DNA of 64,000 bases from Candidatus Zhuqueibacterota bacterium (GCA_049322915.1 JBMOPW010000035.1:32001-96000), one strand, 5' to 3'. Positions 51,941 to 62,410 are shown, counted from the stretch's first letter. Numbers and translations: made by a program. The notes: generated by a model not told the origin, from the sequence alone.

Positions 51941-53127
51941 GTTCTCACCATGTCGCTGCTAAACCTGTGAACAAGAAATTTTTCACAACCGGCGTAAAAA
52001 TACTGTTCGCACTGTTTGGAACCGGAATGGCCTTTGGCCTGTATCGTTTCATCTTTGGCCTGGGTTCGGTCACCCATTTGAACAACCAATTTCCACTGGG
52101 TTTATGGATTGGCGTTGACGTTGCCAGCGGCGTTGCGCTGGCTGCAGGCGGATTCACGACAGCCGCATTGATTCATATTTTCTACCGCGACAAATACGCT
52201 GTATTCGGAAGGCCGGCGCACCTCACCGCGATGCTGGGATACACTTTTGTAGCCCTCGGCCTGTTATTCGACCTGGGCCGATGGTATAACGTCTGGCATC
52301 CAATGCTGCCGATGATGTGGCAGGGGAATTCCGTGCTCTTCGAAGTCGGCATCTGCGTGATGATGTACCTGACGGTTCTTTACATTGAATTCGTACCCAT
52401 TGTTGCTGAGCGCTTCATCGGAAAATCGCCCAAATGGATCGATTCGATCCTGAGAGTCCTCAACAGGATACTGGATAAAATCATGTGGATTTTCATCATC
52501 CTTGGGGTATTATTATCCTGTCTGCACCAATCTTCACTGGGGAACCTCATGGTCATTGCTCCCTATAAAATGCATCCGTTATGGTACACTCCAATTTTGC
52601 CGCTATTATTCCTTGTCTCGGCGATCGCTGTCGGCCTGCCCATGGTTATCTTTGAATGTACCATTGCCTCGAAATCGTTCGGCTGCAAACTGGAAATGGA
52701 CGCTTTAACGCCGCTATCCCGCATCGTCGCTGTGCTGCTGAGCCTGTACCTCTTCCTCAAGGTCGGTGACCTTACCATTCGCAACGCCTGGGGATACATT
52801 TTCGATGGCACCTATCAGACCAACTTCTTCTTGCTGGAGTTAGTCGCTGGCATTCTGGTTCCGCTGATCATGTTTCTGATGAAGAAGGTGCGGCAATCCC
52901 CGCCTCTGTTATTCACGGCAGCAGCCTTATACATCGTATTCGGCGTATTACTGAATCGAGTCAATGTATTTTTCATTGCCTATCGACCTAAATATATGAC
53001 GGAGCCGTATGTGCCGGCCATCGGAGAAGTGGCAGTCACAGTCGGCCTTATTTCCGCGCTGATGATATGCTATCGGATCATTGTCACAATTTTTCCAATT
53101 CTTCCGGCGCAGGCGAAAGACTCGTAG
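51937..53127 (+). CDS. NrfD/PsrC family membrane subunit (HybB/HmcC-like)
   Basis: GLWIGVDVASGVALAAGGF, DLGR, SVLFEV..C, LHQSSLG, LNRVNV. Confidence 0.9.
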   Translation: MSSHHVAAKPVNKKFFTTGVKILFALFGTGMAFGLYRFIFGLGSVTHLNNQFPLGLWIGVDVASGVALAAGGFTTAALIHIFYRDKYAVFGRPAHLTAMLGYTFVALGLLFDLGRWYNVWHPMLPMMWQGNSVLFEVGICVMMYLTVLYIEFVPIVAERFIGKSPKWIDSILRVLNRILDKIMWIFIILGVLLSCLHQSSLGNLMVIAPYKMHPLWYTPILPLLFLVSAIAVGLPMVIFECTIASKSFGCKLEMDALTPLSRIVAVLLSLYLFLKVGDLTIRNAWGYIFDGTYQTNFFLLELVAGILVPLIMFLMKKVRQSPPLLFTAAALYIVFGVLLNRVNVFFIAYRPKYMTEPYVPAIGEVAVTVGLISALMICYRIIVTIFPILPAQAKDS

Positions 53128-53161
53128 AATTTCAAAAAACTTATTTCAGGAGAAATGAACA

Positions 53162-54292
53162 ATGCTTAAAAAGATATTTTTAATCATGTGTCTGATGGTT
53201 TCCGGATTATTCACCGTGCTTTTCGCTCAGCAGCGGACCATTCACACGACGGAAGGTGTGGATTGCTCGATCTGCCACTCGTGTAATAATCCAACAAAAA
53301 GCAAACCGTGCTTGAAAGCCTGTCCCCGACCGTTTCATAACAATGAAAAGGGCGAGAAACTTTCGTCCGAACAGGGACCCGATTTTGTCGTGCTGAACGA
53401 ACTGGAAGAATTGTACGAACCGGTTGTATTCTCACACACGATGCATTCAAAAATGACCAACATGTCCGGCGGATGCACCCTGTGTCATCATTTCACACCG
53501 ACCAACCAATCGCATCCCCCGTGTAAGGAGTGTCACAGCACTGAAGTCATTCACGAAAATCTGAATCAGCCTTGCCTGAAAGCTGCCTACCATCGGCAAT
53601 GTATTTCGTGTCACCAGGACTGGAGCGGCGACGCCAATTGTGAAAAATGTCATATGATGAAAGAGAAGATGAAAGCCGCAGGCGACAGCTATATTCAGCC
53701 AACGTATAAAAAATGTAAAGAACCTGATTTGAAAATCTACAAGACTGGCAATACAGAAGCTCCTACGGTTACGTTCTTTCACAGCAATCACGCCGGTTTT
53801 TATTGCCTGGAATGCAAAGACTGTCATCGCGATGATCCTTGCATCCGATGCCATTATCAGGGCAATGCAACTGTTTCAACCATTGATAAAGATACAGACG
53901 TCATGCACCACAAATGCTCCGCATGTCACGCCGTGGATAATCCCAGCGAGTGCGCGAAGTGTCACAGCAAAGAAGAAAAACAGGGATTTGATCATGGCCG
54001 CGATGCCGGTTGGGCGCTGAATAAATATCACAACAAACTCGCGTGCAATAGCTGCCATCCTAAAGAAACACGACTTGGCAAGCTGGATAAATCGTGCGGG
54101 AACTGCCACAAGAATTGGAATTCTCAGAATTTCAATCACGCCATTGTTGGCCTGGAATTGGATGAAATTCATCGGGATGCAGATTGCGCCGATTGCCATG
54201 TTAACCGACAATTCGACAAAAAACCAAGCTGCTCCAATTGTCACGATGAAACGCCGGAAGGCAAGCCAGGCGCCGTCACCCGGCAAAATTAG
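53162..54292 (+). CDS. Periplasmic 13-heme cytochrome c3-family protein (HmcA-like)
   Basis: Signal peptide; PVVFSH..H, LKAAYHRQCISCH; 13 CxxCH. Confidence 0.88.
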   Translation: MLKKIFLIMCLMVSGLFTVLFAQQRTIHTTEGVDCSICHSCNNPTKSKPCLKACPRPFHNNEKGEKLSSEQGPDFVVLNELEELYEPVVFSHTMHSKMTNMSGGCTLCHHFTPTNQSHPPCKECHSTEVIHENLNQPCLKAAYHRQCISCHQDWSGDANCEKCHMMKEKMKAAGDSYIQPTYKKCKEPDLKIYKTGNTEAPTVTFFHSNHAGFYCLECKDCHRDDPCIRCHYQGNATVSTIDKDTDVMHHKCSACHAVDNPSECAKCHSKEEKQGFDHGRDAGWALNKYHNKLACNSCHPKETRLGKLDKSCGNCHKNWNSQNFNHAIVGLELDEIHRDADCADCHVNRQFDKKPSCSNCHDETPEGKPGAVTRQN

Positions 54293-54569
54293 TAAACACA
54301 AAACGTATGCATTACGACAGTAAAGTGGAGTGATGGAAACATAATGATGATTTTGGAAAGTTGGAAATCCAGCCCATTCAACTTTCCACCACTCCACTTT
54401 TGCGTACTTCATCCTGGCCATCCATGGCCAGAGAGGAAAGATACATCGCTTCTGCCTCGATTGAAACAAGGATGGGTATGAGTTACACTATCCCTTCTGA
54501 GCATATCAGATTTTTGATTTTTGATAATTACCCGCCATAACGTCCATACAAACAACATTAAAAAAGATG

Positions 54570-54598
54570 TTGACATTTTAATATTTATTAATTATATT
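54570..54598 (+). promoter_or_regulatory. Sigma-70 promoter TTGACA-N17-TATATT for the mobA-fdh operon
   Basis: Perfect -35, 17-nt spacer, 5/6 match -10. Confidence 0.7.
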
Positions 54599-54600
54599 GC

Positions 54601-54760
54601 CACCTTATAATTTTTGCCCGAAGCTTTCCTTCATGTATCTAACTAAGAGGTAAATGAATGCTTAGTTACTATTGCCGTTGAGGGTGACGAGAATTATTCA
54701 TCCAAGTTTTGGATGACTCGCCATTATCAATGAGGACAAAGGTGACAAGCATTTTTCACC
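54601..54760 (+). ncRNA. Structured 5' leader, possibly Moco/Wco riboswitch-like
   Basis: Nested stems AAGC/GCTT, TTCAT/ATGAA, TATCT/AGGTA; CGAG/CTCG enclosing TCATCCAA/TTGGATGA; lies upstream of molybdopterin-enzyme genes. Confidence 0.3.
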
Positions 54761-55074
54761 TTCTCTCCTCTAACATTTACTTCCTCTTCAAAATGGACGT
54801 TTATTAATTCTGAAAATCCATTTGATTCATAGTTACTTTGTGCAGCATATGCGTGTCAATATGTTTAGCTGAGAGCACTCATTTGAATTCATGAATCAGA
54901 CCGGCATGTTTTCTTTTATCGGAAATCAGATCACGCGACGTTGAAAGACAGCCAGGTCAATCAAATCTGTTAACAGCCAACCAGTGGCAATTACGGGCAT
55001 TGCGACATGTTCGTATGTGTTCATTACCGGCCACTATCAGGAAATCAGAGGAATTCACACGGAGCATTAGACAT

Positions 55075-55653
55075 TTGACAGGCATTATATTAGCGGGTGG
55101 CAAGAACAGCCGCATTTCCATGACCAAAGCCTTCATTCAACTGGGCGAACAAACAATCATCGAAAGAACCGTTGACATTTGCAAGACGTTGTTCAATGAG
55201 GTAATCATTGTCACCAACCACTTTGATGATTACCTTTATCTGGGAACAAAATTGGTTCAGGACGCAATTCCCAACACGGGTCCATTGGGCGGTCTGTACA
55301 GCGGATTAATGGCATCGACCAATCTGTATAATTTTGTCGTTGCCTGCGATATGCCCTTTATTAATCCTGCAATCATTCGGCACCTTCAGTTATATACACA
55401 AGACGAACATTACGATGTTATTCTCCCTGAATATAATGGATTCACCGAACCATTATTTGCCTTCTACTCGAAAAATTGTATCAATACCATCGAAGTATTT
55501 TTGAACCAGAACAGATTGAAAATCCGAACTTTTTTCACCAATATCAAAGTCAAAGAAGTGAAATGCGATAAGTTCAGCGCTATAGAAAAATCATTTTTTA
55601 ACATTAATACCCGGGAAGATTTACAATTAGCAAGAAACCTCATCTGTGGATAA
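55075..55653 (+). CDS. mobA: Molybdenum cofactor guanylyltransferase
   Basis: ILAGG.NSR...KA, GPLGGL, VVACDMPF, EPL.A.Y, FFNINT.ED; start uncertain (TTG 55075 after GGAG; track start 55000). Confidence 0.9.
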   Translation: MTGIILAGGKNSRISMTKAFIQLGEQTIIERTVDICKTLFNEVIIVTNHFDDYLYLGTKLVQDAIPNTGPLGGLYSGLMASTNLYNFVVACDMPFINPAIIRHLQLYTQDEHYDVILPEYNGFTEPLFAFYSKNCINTIEVFLNQNRLKIRTFFTNIKVKEVKCDKFSAIEKSFFNINTREDLQLARNLICG

Positions 55654-56428
55654 CTTATTAGAAACTGTCAATATAGTAAAAATTGTCGATGGCACCAGAA
55701 CGGAAGAAGTCGATCTCGTTGTCAGCGAAGCACCGCTCACACTTTTCGTGAACGAGCAGGAATTGGTCACATTGTTGTGTTCGCCTTCGCATCAACAGAA
55801 TATGGCGTTAGGATTTCTTTTCTCCGAAGGTTTTATTACAAAGAAAGTTGAGATTAAAGAAATTATCGAAAATAAAAATCGAGGAATCGTCTGGGTCACA
55901 TTGAGCAGACCCTTTGAAATCGATGATAATTTTCGCAAAGGCCGGACCGTCACGACCGGCTGCGCGCGAGGGTTAACTTTTCATAAAATCTTTGACCGAT
56001 GGAACGGCGACTATATCACGAGTAAATTCACAGTGGCGGCGAAAATAATTAGTGATATATCCGCTGATTTGAAACAAAATTCAACCCTGTATCTTCAGAG
56101 CGGCGGCGCCCATAGCGCAACACTCTACTACCAAGACACGTTGCTTTTTTCCAGAGAAGATATCGGCCGGCACAACGCAGTGGACAAAATCATTGGTGAA
56201 TGTCTAATGAATGACATCAGCGGCGATGATAAAATCTTGATGACAAGTGGAAGGGTTTCTTCCGAGATTTTACTGAAAGCCGCACGCTGGAAATTTCCTA
56301 TTCTCATTTCCAGAACTGCACCCACCTCGGCGGCTGTAAAATTGTCGGATGAATTGGGAATGACCTTAATCGGATTCGCCCGCGGAAAACGGATGAATGT
56401 ATACACGAATCATTGGCGAATTAACTAA
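55646..56428 (+). CDS. fdhD: Formate dehydrogenase accessory sulfurtransferase FdhD
   Basis: E.PL, LGFLFSEG, TTGC, SGGAH, REDIGRHNAVDK, TSGRVSSE, LIGFARG. Confidence 0.93.
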   Translation: MDNLLETVNIVKIVDGTRTEEVDLVVSEAPLTLFVNEQELVTLLCSPSHQQNMALGFLFSEGFITKKVEIKEIIENKNRGIVWVTLSRPFEIDDNFRKGRTVTTGCARGLTFHKIFDRWNGDYITSKFTVAAKIISDISADLKQNSTLYLQSGGAHSATLYYQDTLLFSREDIGRHNAVDKIIGECLMNDISGDDKILMTSGRVSSEILLKAARWKFPILISRTAPTSAAVKLSDELGMTLIGFARGKRMNVYTNHWRIN

Positions 56429-56437
56429 TCACGTAAA

Positions 56438-57382
56438 ATGAGCGAACTGATGACGATTGCAGCACAGATCAACTATCTCAAAAAACACGGTCAATTTTTC
56501 GATGAATATCTGACGTTCTATCAGGAAATTTTGACGCTTCAAGAAAGTATCCGAATCTCGATAAACACTGAACGGCTCGAAGCCTTCGCGCGAACCTCAG
56601 ATCCGCGGACGCGGCTGCAGCGTGGAGAGCCATTGATAGTGAAAAAAAATCTATACATCGAGCCGCGGATCGCCACCTCCTTTTTCAACGCATTGCTCAC
56701 AATTTTCAAACAGTATCCCCAGCAGTTCCCGGCCGAAACGATTGAAACCTTACATCAGACTGAAATCAATGATAAGCATTTGCCGATCGAATTGGTACAG
56801 CATTATCTTTCTGAAAATACCGAATATTTTATTCAATTATCCGAGCAGCTAAAAATAGAATCGAGCCTGCTGGTCTTTATAGCCAAAACAACCAGTCTCC
56901 CATTCATCGAAGCGTATCTCGATTTATTCAAACCATATCTTGCAGATGTCAATAAAACATGGGAGCAATCGCTCTGTCCATTCTGCGGCAGTATTCCTGC
57001 CATGGCGAGACTGGAAAAGGAATCAGGCCAAAGACACCTCTGGTGTGCCGTGTGCCATACAGAATGGACATTCGTTCGCAACCGGTGTCCCTACTGCGAT
57101 TATGAAAACTTAGAACAAAATCGGTATTTTTTCGAAGAGCATGATAGTCTGTATCGCGTTTATGTTTGCGATCAGTGCAAGCGATACCTGAAAACAATTG
57201 ATGAAAATAAGTACCGTTTTGTCGAAAAAATCAATCTGAGTTTAGAGGATATGATAACACAGTATTTGGATGAAATCGCTGTGGCAGAGGGGTATCAGAG
57301 TCCTCTGCGATGGAGCAATATGGATTTTCAATCGCACCATGATAACCAGGGTGAAAAAGACCAAACCGATCGCCCAATGTAG
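56438..57382 (+). CDS. fdhE: Formate dehydrogenase accessory protein FdhE
   Basis: CPFCGS.P, R.L.CAVCHTEW...R..CPYC, C..C.RYLK, D.....LD..A..EGY. Confidence 0.9.
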   Translation: MSELMTIAAQINYLKKHGQFFDEYLTFYQEILTLQESIRISINTERLEAFARTSDPRTRLQRGEPLIVKKNLYIEPRIATSFFNALLTIFKQYPQQFPAETIETLHQTEINDKHLPIELVQHYLSENTEYFIQLSEQLKIESSLLVFIAKTTSLPFIEAYLDLFKPYLADVNKTWEQSLCPFCGSIPAMARLEKESGQRHLWCAVCHTEWTFVRNRCPYCDYENLEQNRYFFEEHDSLYRVYVCDQCKRYLKTIDENKYRFVEKINLSLEDMITQYLDEIAVAEGYQSPLRWSNMDFQSHHDNQGEKDQTDRPM

Positions 57383-57460
57383 TTTATAAACCTGACAATG
57401 ACTCATTTTTAATAACTAACTCTGGTACCATAATAATTCTCAGAGGAGGCAAAGGCGTAT

Positions 57461-60400
57461 ATGAATGTATCAAGAAGAGGATTCATGAAGGCTTCATGGG
57501 TCGCTGGTTCCAGCCTCGCAATCAGCAGCCTCGGGTGGAGTAATGTTTTTGCAAAAACACCCAAGGAGTACAAGCTGAAATATGCGACTGAATCGACGAC
57601 GATTTGCCCGTATTGTGCTGTCGGCTGTGGCATCATCGTCGCATCGCATAACGGGAAAGTGATCAACACTGAAGGGAATCCTGACCATCCAATCAACCGC
57701 GGTGCTCTGTGCAGCAAGGGGAGTTCGCTCTATCAATTGGCTAACAATGAGCGACGACTCACCAAAGTGATGTACCGCGCCCCTTATAGTGAAAAGTGGG
57801 AAGAGAAATCATGGGAATGGGCGTTTGATGAAATTGCCAAACGCATTAAAACCGCTCGTGATGCCTCTTTCACGGAGAAAAACGATAAGGGACAGGTTGT
57901 GAATCGAACCACGCAAATAGCTTCTGTTGGCAGCGCGGCATTAGATAATGAGGAATGCTGGCTGTATCAGAAAATGCTGCGGTCTCTGGGCCTGGTGTTT
58001 GTCGAGCACCAGGCGCGTATATGACACTCGGCAACTGTAGCGGCTCTGGCAGAGTCGTTTGGCCGAGGGGCAATGACGAATCACTGGAATGACATTGCCA
58101 ACGCTGATGTTATTCTCATCATGGGAAGCAACGCAGCGGAGAATCACCCCATATCATTCAAATATGTCACCGAAGCAATCGAGCGCGGCGCCACGTTGAT
58201 CAATGTGGATCCGCGGTTTACCCGCACTTCATCGAAAGCTCACATCTATGCCTCGTTGCGTTCCGGGACTGATATTGCTTTTCTGGGTGGAATGATCAAG
58301 TATATTCTTGATAATGAGTTGTGTGACAAAGAATATATGGTCGAGTACACCAACGCCGCCCATTTAATTCATCCTGATTTTAAATTTGAAGATGGCTTAT
58401 TTTCGGGCTATGATGCGGAGAAACGAAAATACGATAAAGCGACGTGGAGCTATCAAGTCGATGGAAAGGGAATTCCCAAACGGGATAAATCATTGCAAAA
58501 TCCCAACTGCGCGTTTCAGTTGCTCAGGAAGCATTATTCCCGATACAACCTCGACCTGGTTTCCAAAATAACCGGAACTCCGGTCGAGAAATTGCTTGAA
58601 GTATACAAAGCCTATTGTGAAACGGGTAAACCGGGCAAAGCCGGAACGATCATGTACGCAATGGGTTGGACGCAACATACCGTTGGCACGCAAAATATCA
58701 GAACCATGTCCATCATTCAACTGTTATTGGGCAATATCGGCGTGGCCGGCGGCGGTGTCAATGCGCTGCGCGGGGAATCGAATGTACAGGGCTCAACCGA
58801 TCATGGATTACTATTCCATATTCTCCCTGGATATTTGAAAACGCCGAAAGCATCGCAGACGACCCTTGCGGATTATAACGACCAATCCTTCGCGAAATCA
58901 AAGGATCCGAACAGTGCGAACTGGTGGAGCAATTATGCAAAGTACTCCGTCAGTTTTCTGAAATCCATGTATGGCGCGAACGCCCAGAAGGATAATGAAT
59001 TCGGATATGCCTGGCTTCCCAAACTCGAGGACACAGGCAATTATTCATGGATCACTCTGTTCAACGAAATGGACAAAGGAAACATCAAGGGATTCCTTGC
59101 CTGGGGTCAAAATCCGGTGTGTAGCGGTCCCAACACTGACGCCACGATCAAGGCCATGTCGAAATTGGACTGGATGGTGAATGTCAATTTATGGGAAACC
59201 GAAACTGGCGCTTTCTGGAAAGCCCCGGAAGTCGATCCGAAGACAGTGAAAACCGAAGTGTTCATGCTGCCGTGCTCCGCTTCTATGGAAAAGGAAGGTA
59301 GCATTTCCAACAGCGGACGCTGGATGCAATGGCGCTACAAGGCTGTGAATCCTCCCGGCGATGCTTTAGCAGACGCTGAAATGATTCATGAAATTTTCAT
59401 TCGTTTACGAAAAATGTATGAAACCGAGGGTGGTGCGTATCCCGATCCAATTCTCAAATTGAAATGGGACTATGCGCCGGAAGGACATGTCGATCCGCAT
59501 CTCCTGGCCAAAGAAATCAATGGCTACGATTTGACCAGTGGTAAATTGATGGCGAAATTTGCTGACCTGAAAGATGATGGAACCACTTCCTCGGGTTGCT
59601 GGATTTATTGCGCCAGCTACACAGAAGCCGGCAACATGGCTGCGCGAACCGACAATAAGGATGCATCCGGAATTGGCCTGTATTCCAAATGGGCCTGGTG
59701 CTGGCCAGTGAATCGGCGCATACTTTATAATCGCGCCTCTGTCGATCTAAACGGTCAGCCACTGGATAAGGAGCATCCGGTCATTCGATGGGATCCCCTG
59801 GCCAATAAAGGTGAAGGCGCCTGGATTGGCGATGTGCCGGATGGACCCTGGCCACCGTTAGCAAATAAAGAAAAAGGAAGATACCCATTCATCATGCGAG
59901 ATGAAGGATTCGCCCGAATTTTCGGCATGGGTTTAGCAGATGGACCATTTCCGGAACACTACGAACCATTGGAGTGTCCGGTCGAGAAAAACCTGATGTC
60001 CGGTGTGTTGCTCAATCCCACTGCTAAAGCCTGGCATAAAGTTGAAGGCGGGATGAATACCTTCGCTGCCGCATGCGATCCTCGCTTCCCGTTCGTTGCC
60101 ACGACCTATCGGGTCTCAGAACACTGGCAGACTGGCGCTATGACTCGCCAGCAGGAATGGCTGGTTGAGATGCAACCCGAAATGTTTGTAGAAATGAGTA
60201 AGGAATTGGCAGGCGAATTAGGCATTATCAATGGCGACAAAGTGATCGTGGAATCGGCGCGCAGTAAAATTCATGCCAAAGCGATTGTCACCGCTCGATT
60301 TAAGCCATTTAAATTCGGAGATGGTGCAATCATCCACGAAGTCGGATTGCCCTGGTGTTATGGATTTATGGGATTGGCAAAGGGCGACAGCGCTAACAAA

Positions 60401-60487
60401 TTAGCGCCTGCAATCGGCGATGCCAATACAATGATCCCTGAATCCAAAGCATTCTTGGTGAATGTCAGGAAGGAGGTGGCATCATGA
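57461..60487 (+). CDS. fdnG: Formate dehydrogenase-N type alpha subunit, selenocysteine-containing (Sec at TGA 58022-58024)
   Basis: Tat motif SRRGFMK, CPYCAVGC...C; HQARI-U-HSATV..L..SFGRGAMTNHW joins the two track ORFs in frame; LRGESNVQG; SECIS hairpin. Confidence 0.95.
58027..58067 (+). other. SECIS element of the formate dehydrogenase gene
   Basis: Lower stem CTCGGC/GCCGAG, upper stem GCGGCTCT-GGC-AGAGTCGT immediately after the UGA. Confidence 0.85.
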
Positions 60488-61284
60488 AGCACGTATCATT
60501 TTTAATTGATATTACCAAATGCATCGGCTGCCGAAGCTGTCAGGTCGCCTGCAAACAATGGAATCAGTTGCCTGGTGAAAGCACCGTCAACAGCGGTACG
60601 CATCAGAATCCACCCGCCCTTTCTGCAAAAACCTGGACGTTGATTACGTTCAATGAATTTGAGAAAGAAGATGGCGTCAACTGGTTTTTCACTAAAATTG
60701 GTTGCATGCACTGCGAACAACCGGGCTGCGCTTCGGTCTGTCCCGTAGGCGCGTTGGAGAAAACGGAGACTGGCGCTGTGATCTATCATGACAATAAATG
60801 CATCGGTTGCCGTTATTGCATGATGGGCTGCCCGTTCCGGATACCGACGTTTGAATGGGACAAGGCATTCCCCTACATCCGCAAATGCACATTTTGTTTC
60901 GACCGGTTATCTGAGGGCGAAATGCCGGCCTGCGCGAAAGCATGTCCCACCGGCGCCATTCTATTTGGCGACCGAGATGAATTGATCCAAACAGGAAAAA
61001 GCCGAATTCAGAGCAAATCGGACAAATACAATCCGCACGTCTATGGTGAAAAAGAAGTCGGTGGCACCTCGGTGCTGTACCTGGCTCCGAAAGAAGTCGA
61101 TTTTGCTTCATTGGGCTTCCCGGTTCTGGGCGAGCGGGCGCTGCCAACCTGGACGCACAATGCGCTGAAATTCGTTCCGAGTCAAATCGTCGTTGTGGGT
61201 GCGTTAATGAGCGCATTCTACTGGCTCACCAAGCGGAAACAAAAGAACAGAGCCGAACAGAAGGAGGTGAACCATGCCGAATAA
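60484..61284 (+). CDS. Formate dehydrogenase iron-sulfur (beta) subunit
   Basis: CIGCRSCQVACKQWN, CMHC..P.C..VCP, CIGCRYCMMGCP, CTFC...C.KACP; C-terminal TM; ATGA overlap with the alpha subunit. Confidence 0.9.
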   Translation: MKHVSFLIDITKCIGCRSCQVACKQWNQLPGESTVNSGTHQNPPALSAKTWTLITFNEFEKEDGVNWFFTKIGCMHCEQPGCASVCPVGALEKTETGAVIYHDNKCIGCRYCMMGCPFRIPTFEWDKAFPYIRKCTFCFDRLSEGEMPACAKACPTGAILFGDRDELIQTGKSRIQSKSDKYNPHVYGEKEVGGTSVLYLAPKEVDFASLGFPVLGERALPTWTHNALKFVPSQIVVVGALMSAFYWLTKRKQKNRAEQKEVNHAE

Positions 61285-62392
61285 ACAAGACAAACTCATT
61301 GGAAACGGATCAATTATACTCATTGTATTGATTGCTCTGGGACTTATCGTCGCGTTGATTCGCTACTTCTTTGGTCTGGGCGCCATCTCCAACCTGTCCG
61401 ATGCCTATCCCTGGGGAATCTGGATCAGCTTCGACCTTCTCTGTGGTGTGGCATTAGCGGCTGGTGCGTTTGTCACCGCTGCCGCGGTTCACATCTTCGG
61501 CGGCGAAACCATGAAACCGCTATTGCGCCCCGCGATCCTGACCGGCTTCTTAGGCTATGTATTGGTGGTTTTGGCGCTGTTGGTCGACCTGGGTCAATAT
61601 CAACGAATCTGGCACTTGCTCATCTTTTGGAATTTGCATTCTCCATTGTTTGAAGTAGGTTGGTGCGTAATGACCTACACGACCGTGCTGGCGCTGGAGT
61701 TCGTGCCAATCGTGTTGGAGCGTTATAAACTAAAAACGCCTCTGAAATTTTTCAAAAAAATATCTATTGGCTTGATCATCGCCGGCATTGTTTTATCAAC
61801 GATGCACCAGTCGTCTCTGGGAACCATGTTTTTAATTATGCCGGAAAAATTGCATGCCCTGTGGCACACGCCATTTATTCCTGTGTTATTTCTGACATCT
61901 GCAATTGCAGTAGGCATTGCCATGGTGATCTTTGAATCAACGATCAGCACTCGCGTTTTCAAGCGTGAATCCGAAACCGCTGCTCAGGGCAAACTGGCGC
62001 TTGGATTACCATGGGTGTTGGGTCTATATTTCATCATGAAAATCGCTGATTTAGCGGCTCAGGGTGAATTAGGCCTGATCGTTGAAGGATCGAAAGCGAG
62101 CTACCTGTTCATGCTTGAATTGATCATCGGAGTCATCATTCCATTCTTCATCTTTTTAAGCAAGAGCGTACGCAAGAGCACCAAAGCCATGTTCAATGGT
62201 TCTCTTTTCGTCATCGCCGGTTTGATCCTCAACAGATTCAATGTATCGTTATTCAGCATCAAAGCGCCGGAGCAAGCCTGGTATTTCCCGCATCTGATGG
62301 AAATACTGATTACGACCGGAATCGTCTCAGCCGGAATTTTCGCGTATTATTTAATTGCCCGGCATTTTCCAGTGTTTGCTGAAGAGCATTAA
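61274..62392 (+). CDS. NrfD/HybB-type membrane anchor of formate dehydrogenase
   Basis: PWGIWISFD...GVALAAG, DLG, SPLFEV.WC, MHQSSLG, LNRFNV. Confidence 0.88.
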   Translation: MPNKQDKLIGNGSIILIVLIALGLIVALIRYFFGLGAISNLSDAYPWGIWISFDLLCGVALAAGAFVTAAAVHIFGGETMKPLLRPAILTGFLGYVLVVLALLVDLGQYQRIWHLLIFWNLHSPLFEVGWCVMTYTTVLALEFVPIVLERYKLKTPLKFFKKISIGLIIAGIVLSTMHQSSLGTMFLIMPEKLHALWHTPFIPVLFLTSAIAVGIAMVIFESTISTRVFKRESETAAQGKLALGLPWVLGLYFIMKIADLAAQGELGLIVEGSKASYLFMLELIIGVIIPFFIFLSKSVRKSTKAMFNGSLFVIAGLILNRFNVSLFSIKAPEQAWYFPHLMEILITTGIVSAGIFAYYLIARHFPVFAEEH

Positions 62393-62410
62393 TTCATTGT
62401 TGGAGTCCGC

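Noticed and set aside
51023..53127. Hydrogenase-2 (hyb) operon
   Set aside because: No [NiFe] large or small subunit or maturation genes nearby; only the ferredoxin/NrfD module
57461..58024. Split or pseudogenised formate dehydrogenase
   Set aside because: The TGA is at the canonical Sec position and is followed by a SECIS
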